Notes under the pieces: generated by a model
Seen by the model: the letters and a program-made list of their open reading frames with translations, nothing else
Told to the model about the DNA's origin: nothing
Databases searched by the model: none
Made by a program: the position numbers and the translations under genes
Sequence record: NC_042098.1
Length of the DNA stretch: 64,000 bases
Reading direction: 5' to 3' (one strand)
In this document: positions 56,445-63,599 of the stretch, in pieces
Layout: the number at the start of each line of letters is the position of its first letter
Position numbering within the stretch: position 1 is the stretch's first letter

Positions 56445-57596
56445 ATGCGTCAGTATTTGGATGGGATTCGTTACATCTTTGAGAACGGGTCACAACGAGG
56501 GGATCGCACCGGGGTAGGTACGTTGTCGGTGTTCTCGATGAAGCAGACTTACGATCTGCGTCTGGGATTCCCACTGGTCACCAGTAAGAAAGTGCGTATC
56601 GATTTTATTATCGAAGAGCTCATCTCCTTCCTGTCGGGTAATCCCGATATGCCGGGTGTGGGTATCTGGGATGATTGGCGTGTTAAAGACGAAGTCTCTC
56701 GTGAAGTCCCGTTAGAGAACCACGAGCGTTTAAAACTCTGGGTTGAGAAGTCGGACCTGAAGTATAACGTTGCTTACCTTCAACTCAATGCGATGGGTTC
56801 TGTCGAAGCGGGTCATCGTTTCCTGGATGAGCAAGGGATTCCACGTAACAGAAAAGAAGTACTGGTAGCAGAAGGTGCACTCAATGCACCCTATGGGCCA
56901 GCGTGGCGTGCGTGGAAAGGTCGTCAGGGCGAAGTGCATGATCAGATCGGTTATCTGCTCAAGCTGCTTAAAAACAATCCTACGAGCCGTCGTATGCTAT
57001 TGTCTGCTTGGGACCCGGCGAACATGCCGGATGAGTCTATCAGCCCGCAGGATAACATCATTGATGGCAAGCCACCTCTGACTCCGTGTCATTGGGCGTT
57101 TGAGCTGTACACTGACGAAATCCTGGCAGAGGAACGCCTTGATTGGGTCGAAGCTAACGCACCTAGCCTCTGGGAAGACTACAATGATCGTTCAGGACGT
57201 GGTCAATGGTTAGGCGACACAGACAGTAAGCGCCTTCATGAATTCCTGGACGAAGCCGGCGTACCGAAGTATTACCTGGATATGAAGTATCACCAACGTT
57301 CCTGTGACTATATGGTTGGCGTGCCGTATAACATCGCCAGCTATGCGGTGTTGCAGCACATGTTCGCCGCCACCTGTAACATGATCCCGCGGATACTGGA
57401 AGCGGATATGACTAACATCCATATCTACAACTTCCACAAAACCAATGCGGTCATGCAGGCCAGTCGCAGCCCACGCGCACTACCCACTCTGAAGGTACTC
57501 GCCGCTCACGATAAGTTGGAAGACTATACGTTGGAAGACTTTGAACTCGAAGGTTATGATCCGCATCCTTTTATTAAATATGAAAGAGCGGTCTGA
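56445..57596 (+). CDS. thyA: Thymidylate synthase with two large insertions
   Basis: DRTGVGT, FPLVTSKK, YGPAWR, SRRMLLSAW, PCH (catalytic Cys), QRSCD and PYNIASY motifs. Confidence 0.95.
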   Translation: MRQYLDGIRYIFENGSQRGDRTGVGTLSVFSMKQTYDLRLGFPLVTSKKVRIDFIIEELISFLSGNPDMPGVGIWDDWRVKDEVSREVPLENHERLKLWVEKSDLKYNVAYLQLNAMGSVEAGHRFLDEQGIPRNRKEVLVAEGALNAPYGPAWRAWKGRQGEVHDQIGYLLKLLKNNPTSRRMLLSAWDPANMPDESISPQDNIIDGKPPLTPCHWAFELYTDEILAEERLDWVEANAPSLWEDYNDRSGRGQWLGDTDSKRLHEFLDEAGVPKYYLDMKYHQRSCDYMVGVPYNIASYAVLQHMFAATCNMIPRILEADMTNIHIYNFHKTNAVMQASRSPRALPTLKVLAAHDKLEDYTLEDFELEGYDPHPFIKYERAV

Positions 57597-57628
57597 TCCA
57601 TTGGTGCGTTGAAGGGAGCACAACGGTA

Positions 57629-57994
57629 ATGAAGAGAGAGTCCAGTTACACCCTGGTCTTTGGGGAAGGTAGTACTGAAGAAGATGTCAATACCCTGCGT
57701 GAGATGGTGTCACACATGCGGGGGTTGACCGGGTTGTCGCAGCTGGGGGCGTTTGAGGTGTTCGTTACCCATTATGAATTGCAACGTAAAGACGCAGGGC
57801 TGATCATCAGTGATCTTCCAGTGAATGCACAGTCGTTGTTTGATGTCAGTGATCGACAGAACTGGCTGACACCGCTGTTCACTTCCCGGGGGTTAGTGGC
57901 GTGTGACTTGTTGTTGCTGTTGAAGCAAGGCAAATGGGCCGGAGAACACCTCAAGGTGACCTTTCGGGTAAAGGGTATCAGGGCGAAAGCATAA
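57629..57994 (+). CDS. Hypothetical protein
   Basis: 121 aa, GGGAG RBS. Confidence 0.7.
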   Translation: MKRESSYTLVFGEGSTEEDVNTLREMVSHMRGLTGLSQLGAFEVFVTHYELQRKDAGLIISDLPVNAQSLFDVSDRQNWLTPLFTSRGLVACDLLLLLKQGKWAGEHLKVTFRVKGIRAKA

Positions 57995-58000
57995 CGCATA

Positions 58001-58028
58001 CGGAGGGGTCATTCCCTCCGCTATGCCG
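58001..58028 (+). terminator. Hairpin + CTATGCCG element
   Basis: CGGAGGG-GTCATT-CCCTCCG-CTATGCCG. Confidence 0.8.
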
Positions 58029-58063
58029 ATTAAGTTTTTAACAAAGTTTACTGCAGATCTTTT

Positions 58064-58077
58064 CAGACCTATATCAC
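58064..58077 (+). promoter_or_regulatory. Putative early promoter core CAGACCTATATCAC
   Basis: One mismatch to the phiKZ TATATTAC core; shares CAGACCTA with 40024. Confidence 0.55.
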
Positions 58078-58126
58078 GTCGGTGAATAACCTTTCACTAA
58101 TTAACCAATCCGTAAGGAGTTTTATC

Positions 58127-59503
58127 ATGGCTGCATTAAAATCTAAAGTTGAACTGTTTCACTGGTATCAGGAACTGAAAACTGAATTTAAAACCGGCAA
58201 GATTACCGTGTTCGAATTTGAGCGGCAAGTGCTCAGCGAAATTCTTTCCCTGACCGATACTGGTAAAACACCATCTACTGCCAAAATCAGTCTGGTAGTG
58301 GACATCCTTAATTCTGTGGTTTTTGATCATGTGTTTACCGCAGACGGTATCATTGACCTGGACAACATGCTCGCTCGTGAACACGTACGCAACATTTCGG
58401 AATTGACGGCAGCACGCAATAACTTTATTACCATACAAGCCCAGGCCCGTCTGAACAAAGAAAAGGAACAGACTGCGAAACCAGCAGAGCAGAAGGCGTT
58501 TGCCAAGTTTCCAACGAAAGAAGAGCTCGAATATTGGGTTAATGCCAGAAAGCTATTCCGTTATGGTAACCCCAATACGCTCGGCACTGAAGCATACCAG
58601 GAGGTTGTCAAATACTGGCATCTGGTCGATAAATATCTGGGTACATTAAAACTGGAACTGGATCACACCGACCCTAACTACGTCGATAACATCCTGTTGA
58701 TTGACTACTTTGTATCGTTGGTCGCCAAGCAAGAGGTTCCTGAGGAAGAACGCAGGCATCTGAAAGACACACTTAGCAGTCTATATGCGTGCCCCATTAA
58801 AACCCCACACATCGATGCATTTGTCGAACGTGACCAACACCCCCTTCCAGTTAAGCCAAAACAACCACCCATCGCGCAACAAGCCATCGACCGCGCTATT
58901 GCCTGGCGTGAAGAGGAAACCAAAACAAACCATCAGCAAAAAGACATATTACGAGAATTCGCCGATCAATACTGTCCGGTAATGGTGGCCAAGCAACATG
59001 CCACTCAGCAGTTGTTTGATTTCGTTGCTCGTGCGGTGAAACGTGTCTTGACCGCCATTGCTCAGCCAAACAACCCGGAAGACGCCGAGATGCTGGCAAA
59101 AGGTCATGCCATCAACATTCTCAATGTTAAGCATGGTGTAATTGGTGTCAGTACCACGATTACCAGAAACGGTCTGGTCAAGTTACGCATCTTCGCTGAA
59201 CGTGAACTATGTAACGAGGACTACGGTATTCCGACTCTGTCGTATAATCAAGTCCGTCAATCACCTCATGCAACGTTCAGCATACCAATGCCGGCACTGA
59301 TAGATGGGTTCATTAACATGTGGGATATCCCTAATCAGGCCCCTCGCCATATGCATAATAGCGTAGGCGGTATGTTGGGTAATCCCTATCCGTTACAGCA
59401 GCTTGATGGTTTGATGTCAGCTATTGCAAGAGAAACAGCCGAGTACGGCGTTACGCCTACTTATGGCATGATCGAAGACAGCATGATTGTTGTGCTGCAT
59501 TAA
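58127..59503 (+). CDS. Hypothetical protein sharing an N-terminal module with 59567 (start revised to MAALKS)
   Basis: AAGGAG RBS; about 458 aa. Confidence 0.8.
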   Translation: MAALKSKVELFHWYQELKTEFKTGKITVFEFERQVLSEILSLTDTGKTPSTAKISLVVDILNSVVFDHVFTADGIIDLDNMLAREHVRNISELTAARNNFITIQAQARLNKEKEQTAKPAEQKAFAKFPTKEELEYWVNARKLFRYGNPNTLGTEAYQEVVKYWHLVDKYLGTLKLELDHTDPNYVDNILLIDYFVSLVAKQEVPEEERRHLKDTLSSLYACPIKTPHIDAFVERDQHPLPVKPKQPPIAQQAIDRAIAWREEETKTNHQQKDILREFADQYCPVMVAKQHATQQLFDFVARAVKRVLTAIAQPNNPEDAEMLAKGHAINILNVKHGVIGVSTTITRNGLVKLRIFAERELCNEDYGIPTLSYNQVRQSPHATFSIPMPALIDGFINMWDIPNQAPRHMHNSVGGMLGNPYPLQQLDGLMSAIARETAEYGVTPTYGMIEDSMIVVLH

Positions 59504-59510
59504 TTCACAC

Positions 59511-59540
59511 GGGGAGGTTTCCCTCCCCCTTTTATTTTTT
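59511..59540 (+). terminator. Intrinsic terminator
   Basis: GGGGAGG-TTTC-CCTCCCC followed by a long T tract. Confidence 0.85.
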
Positions 59541-59566
59541 AATTAACCTACTGTGAGAATTTAACC

Positions 59567-60268
59567 ATGAACAAAGAAACTTATACTACCTGGTACAATG
59601 GATTAAAAGAAAGATTGGCGACTGGGCACATTAATCAGGAACACTACGAGACACTTATTGTTGACAATCTAAGTTCATTGATTACTCATTTCTTCAATAG
59701 TCGATACGACGATGGTCATATGTCTCTGGAGGAGCATTTTGCGTTAGTTAATCATTATTTCGAACTGGTTGCTGATGCAGAAATATCAGAACGCAGTGCC
59801 ATGCTCATGGTACGTTCTGTAGCTAGCAGTATTCAAAAGCTACCAGCGGCTAAAGCCTTCGCAGAGAAACATAACACTCCGGCGCCGTCAATTAAAGAAA
59901 TTCTTGGTAGTCGACCTGGTTTACTGCGTAAGCATGCTGCCAGCACGACCGAGAAGATGATAGGGTGTCCGGTGATCACCCAGGCCAACGAACCTGAGAA
60001 CGAAGTAACCATTGACTTACCCTGGAAATTGGCATTGCACGTTTACAAAGGGTTCCTGGTAAAGGCGCTGATGTCAAAGCACGGATATAAATACAGTGAT
60101 GCGTATAACTACATTACTGATCATCAGAACAAATACGACGAACTCTTGGCAGAAGTCCTCAACAACATTATTGCTAATGAGGAATCGCATCTGGTGTCGG
60201 TAGGTGGCGGCATCACTGCAGCGGGTACTGGTCTGGTGGTAAGCGGGATTATTAAGCCGGAGGAGTGA
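59567..60268 (+). CDS. Protein carrying a degenerate RNA polymerase beta-prime switch-2/dock-like segment
   Basis: aa 108-202 align by eye with the RpoC G.R...G..VIT...LP..AL..FK.F...L...G pattern; no NADFDGD. Confidence 0.6.
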   Translation: MNKETYTTWYNGLKERLATGHINQEHYETLIVDNLSSLITHFFNSRYDDGHMSLEEHFALVNHYFELVADAEISERSAMLMVRSVASSIQKLPAAKAFAEKHNTPAPSIKEILGSRPGLLRKHAASTTEKMIGCPVITQANEPENEVTIDLPWKLALHVYKGFLVKALMSKHGYKYSDAYNYITDHQNKYDELLAEVLNNIIANEESHLVSVGGGITAAGTGLVVSGIIKPEE

Positions 60269-60828
60269 TGAAAGGAGAGATAGAGACACGCTTCAGAAGA
60301 CACTACGGCAACCACATTAAACGGGGTAGTGATATCGCAGTGCCTTTATACCACATTAGTCTACAGAATGACTTGGAGGGGCTATGGCGACCTAAAGCCC
60401 CTGACTCGCCATTTGATATTCCGAAGAAACCCAACATCATTACTGAAATGCCGCTCCCGCGTATCTGTGTAGCACCATCTATCGAACAGTGCTTCTGGGC
60501 AATCTATCCCAATATCTCTAAGCTCTTTGAAGAGGAAGAATACGCAGCGGTTTGTTTTGCGGTTTATCAACCGATTCTGCATGCCGGTATTGCTGTCGTG
60601 GATACCAGTACGTTAACGCAATGCCGACTAGTGCACGATGCACATATTACCGGCGAGCATTGGTTACTTAGTGATACCACCATGTGTGTGATCGACTTTA
60701 TTCAGGTTAATAACACCTCACACGGCGAGTTCGTAAAGTTCCATCCGTTTAATACCCCGGTTGGTAACGAATGGGAGCTCGCCCCTAAAAATGTTGTTTA
60801 TCATTCACTTAAATTAACGGAGTTGTAA
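60265..60828 (+). CDS. Hypothetical protein, possible ADP-ribosyltransferase-like fold
   Basis: LYHIS and PRICVAPSIEQC motifs. Confidence 0.6.
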   Translation: MMKGEIETRFRRHYGNHIKRGSDIAVPLYHISLQNDLEGLWRPKAPDSPFDIPKKPNIITEMPLPRICVAPSIEQCFWAIYPNISKLFEEEEYAAVCFAVYQPILHAGIAVVDTSTLTQCRLVHDAHITGEHWLLSDTTMCVIDFIQVNNTSHGEFVKFHPFNTPVGNEWELAPKNVVYHSLKLTEL

Positions 60829-60832
60829 ATCC

Positions 60833-61477
60833 ATGGTAACTGCTAGAAAAGCTAATAAGACCTTAGGTGAGCACGCAGTGGCTCATGAGGCAGTAACACG
60901 CTTAGGTAGCAACAAGAAAGTCAAACCAGTTAAACCGCTTTGGACACTGGAGAACATCGAGGACAATCTGGTTGGTCAAGGCATCCTTGCCTACTTGAAA
61001 CGCCACACGTCGTTATCGATCCGTGATATCAACACCGCGGCTAACCGCCTGACGAAGATTGCTGATTCAGATATAAAGGAAGGGAAAGCGCGTGATTACG
61101 TGGCACGAGTTATTGGGTACAACAATTACGACGCTCTCAACGTCACCGTTCGTGCAGCGGTACCTGTGCGCAATCATGTACAACGTCGTAAAGCAAATCA
61201 GCCGGTCACAGAGTTGTTGATAGAAGACGAAGAACTGCCGCCGGTAACACGTACTGAAATCAACCCCTTGGTGATGTTAGCCCTACAGCGTGAGATCTCT
61301 AAACGCGGCTTTCGTCTACTGGGTAAGAACTACCGGGCTTTCGTTAACAAGGATAACCCCGAGCACACCTTTACGTTGATGCAGGCGTATAACTACCTTG
61401 CCAAACAACTGGGTTATCCGGATTATCACTCTATGCCCCGTCAATACCCAATCATTAACTTGCGCTACGTCGATTAA
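60833..61477 (+). CDS. Basic protein with two internal A...GY..Y helical repeats
   Basis: ARDYVARVIGYNNYDAL and AYNYLAKQLGYPDYHSM. Confidence 0.7.
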   Translation: MVTARKANKTLGEHAVAHEAVTRLGSNKKVKPVKPLWTLENIEDNLVGQGILAYLKRHTSLSIRDINTAANRLTKIADSDIKEGKARDYVARVIGYNNYDALNVTVRAAVPVRNHVQRRKANQPVTELLIEDEELPPVTRTEINPLVMLALQREISKRGFRLLGKNYRAFVNKDNPEHTFTLMQAYNYLAKQLGYPDYHSMPRQYPIINLRYVD

Positions 61478-61499
61478 CCTATTGTAAGGAATAAAGAAC

Positions 61500-62249
61500 A
61501 TGACAACGACTTTCCCGAAAGAGATGAATGCTGCTTTCCATCCTGATAACGAACAAACCACCCAGCTGTGCAAAACGATCCAGCAGATCAGCGGGGTGGA
61601 GATCAAACGTGTACATGTGGTGATGGCGATCCACCATTACAAACAAAACGATGCGGCACATCAGCCTGACCACATGCTGGCGGTCTTAGCAGAAGCAGCC
61701 CACATCATCCAGTCGTTTCCTGACCTGGAGAAATGGCGCACCCAGATCATGTTAGGGTGTCTGTTCCATGACACCCACTGTCACATCGATCGGGATATGC
61801 ACCACCTGCTAGGCGCCGAACATGCCCAAGAGGCATTACTGGAGTATGCGTGTGGTTATGGGATGTCACGTGCGGATGTCTACCTGATCAGTCAGGCCGT
61901 GCTGGAGCATCGGGCTTCCTGGAAGTACCCGCGTATTAACCCTGTATCCAACGCTGTGGCGTCTGCAGATCGTGGCTACCCTGATCTAAAGAAATACATC
62001 CGTCGTGCTGTACAGTACCGTTACAAGCGCACGGCAGTCATCAACATGAACACCATCATCGATGAGTCGATCGAGCACATGGTAGAGAAGTTCGGGGATG
62101 GCGGTTATGCCTGGGAGAGCTACCCGACATATGCGGCAGTGATGCACGGTGATGCGATCCAACAAGTGAAGCAACAACTGCGCAGTAAAGAAGGAAAGGC
62201 GCAACTCAAAGAGTACGCTGAACTCCACTTTGATGAGTGGGTAGAGTAA
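61500..62249 (+). CDS. HD-domain phosphohydrolase
   Basis: H..DH, LFHD, HH..GA, AVLEH and SAD motifs in canonical order. Confidence 0.85.
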   Translation: MTTTFPKEMNAAFHPDNEQTTQLCKTIQQISGVEIKRVHVVMAIHHYKQNDAAHQPDHMLAVLAEAAHIIQSFPDLEKWRTQIMLGCLFHDTHCHIDRDMHHLLGAEHAQEALLEYACGYGMSRADVYLISQAVLEHRASWKYPRINPVSNAVASADRGYPDLKKYIRRAVQYRYKRTAVINMNTIIDESIEHMVEKFGDGGYAWESYPTYAAVMHGDAIQQVKQQLRSKEGKAQLKEYAELHFDEWVE

Positions 62250-62257
62250 GCTACGTG

Positions 62258-62286
62258 GCCGGAGGATTACCTCCGGCTGTTATGCC
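62258..62286 (+). terminator. Hairpin + GTTATGCC element
   Basis: GCCGGAGG-ATTA-CCTCCGGC-TGTTATGCC, then a T-rich tract. Confidence 0.8.
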
Positions 62287-62409
62287 TGTTCTTTCTTCTT
62301 TGTAATTCTCAACACATTCGGTCTTTGTTATACAAAGGCTATAATCTTTGTCCCGAGCTAAGGGTAACGTGAACAGTTATGCTGGCTTACTTTTTAAAGG
62401 TATCTTTTC

Positions 62410-62940
62410 ATGGATGGTTTATTTAATCTCTCCTCATGGCAATCGCTTTTACTTGTGGTAGTCGTACTCCTACTGTGGGCGTATTACCAACGACTTCAAC
62501 ACCTGCGTCGTAAGTATCATCGCCGTAATGAACGCATGATGGCGCAGAGCGTGGTCATGACATCCCGGCTGTTACTGAGTACCTTCTCGGAGATTGTGGA
62601 ACGCGCTAAAGAGGAGGACATCTACCAGCGTGATCCTAACTCCCCGATTGCGGCAGACCGGGCCAGTGCGATGGCCTGCTCCTCCATCTTCAGTGGGTTG
62701 TATAACCTGGTTGTGGTGCCCGTCACCACCCTTGATCCGGTGTTCAACGATTTATTGATTACCGGTACTGAGCGGGAAGATGTTGAGGAAGGGGTCTTTG
62801 TGTCGTTTTATTTGGGTGAACAGCGTAATGATGTGGTTAGGCATTTTATACCCGACCGGTCGTTACAGGCCTTTATCACCCAAACGCGTGCCTTCAGTGC
62901 TTACCTGCGACAGGCTGCGAATACAAAACCACCACAATGA
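62410..62940 (+). CDS. Membrane-anchored hypothetical protein
   Basis: N-terminal TM LLLVVVVLLLWAYY. Confidence 0.75.
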   Translation: MDGLFNLSSWQSLLLVVVVLLLWAYYQRLQHLRRKYHRRNERMMAQSVVMTSRLLLSTFSEIVERAKEEDIYQRDPNSPIAADRASAMACSSIFSGLYNLVVVPVTTLDPVFNDLLITGTEREDVEEGVFVSFYLGEQRNDVVRHFIPDRSLQAFITQTRAFSAYLRQAANTKPPQ

Positions 62941-62948
62941 GGTGACAC

Positions 62949-63479
62949 ATGACCAATTATGGTTTTCTGCTGAACACAGTACTTCTGGCTTTTCTTATTT
63001 GGTTTGGTTACCGACTGCACACGTTGGTAAACAACAGCGAGAAAGCCACCCTCGCCGCTGATCATAACGCCAAGCTGCGCTTCCTGACCTATGCAGCCCG
63101 GCAGATAATGAGTGACTTGTATACGTCGCTCAATCTTCCGACGCTCACCGGGTGTGCGAAGATGTATCTACGTGATGACGGCAAGCTTGATAATATTGAA
63201 GTCATTATGCGACTCTTCATGAAAACCCATAATGAGATTATTACCAAGCTCTCCGAGGGATTGGTGTCGGATCATTTGAAGATCACCGATGTTAAAGTTA
63301 CCCATGATCTGGTGACCAACGAAGTGCTCATCACACTCTTGTATCCGAATAAAGTCACTGACATCCTGGTTTTCCATCATAACCACCTGGCGCAGGCGAT
63401 CTACCAGCTGGATCGATTGCAGCATCGGCTCTCAACGTTCCACAAAGCGGTGCCGAACCGCGACCTGTACCAACTCTAA
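62949..63479 (+). CDS. Membrane-anchored hypothetical protein
   Basis: N-terminal TM; GAGGTG RBS. Confidence 0.75.
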   Translation: MTNYGFLLNTVLLAFLIWFGYRLHTLVNNSEKATLAADHNAKLRFLTYAARQIMSDLYTSLNLPTLTGCAKMYLRDDGKLDNIEVIMRLFMKTHNEIITKLSEGLVSDHLKITDVKVTHDLVTNEVLITLLYPNKVTDILVFHHNHLAQAIYQLDRLQHRLSTFHKAVPNRDLYQL

Positions 63480-63482
63480 ACC

Positions 63483-63535
63483 AAGGGAGGGCTTCGGCTC
63501 TCCCTTATGCCACCCGTTCTTCTTTTTTGGTTATT
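63483..63535 (+). terminator. Hairpin + TTATGCC + TTCTTTTTTGGTTATT element
   Basis: AAGGGAGGGC-TTCG-GCTCTCCCTT-ATGCC and a downstream 16-mer identical to 53643. Confidence 0.85.
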
Positions 63536-63599
63536 ACTATGAATTGCAAGATTCACCACGTTGTTCGTTTCACTTATTAACCCTTAAAGAGGAATAGTC

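Noticed and set aside
56445-57596. dCMP hydroxymethylase (modified-base pathway)
   Set aside because: The specificity residue is Asn (PYNIASY), as in dUMP-specific thymidylate synthases, not Asp
59567-60268. Functional split RNAP subunit or frameshifted pseudogene of one
   Set aside because: No NADFDGD or continuation is visible in the neighbouring ORFs, and the N-terminal half is instead shared with the upstream gene, so it is treated as a domain capture
253-63425. Numerous short opposite-strand or alternate-frame ORFs in the track (e.g. 6037-6510, 13125-13565, 20180-20647, 43642-44178)
   Set aside because: They lie fully within longer genes with recognisable motifs, lack RBSs and read as shadow frames; only the spanin overlap has independent support
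5419-63535. Recurrent hairpins as a CRISPR array or REP/insertion elements
   Set aside because: Stems differ in sequence, spacing is irregular and gene-boundary linked, and no cas or transposase genes are seen
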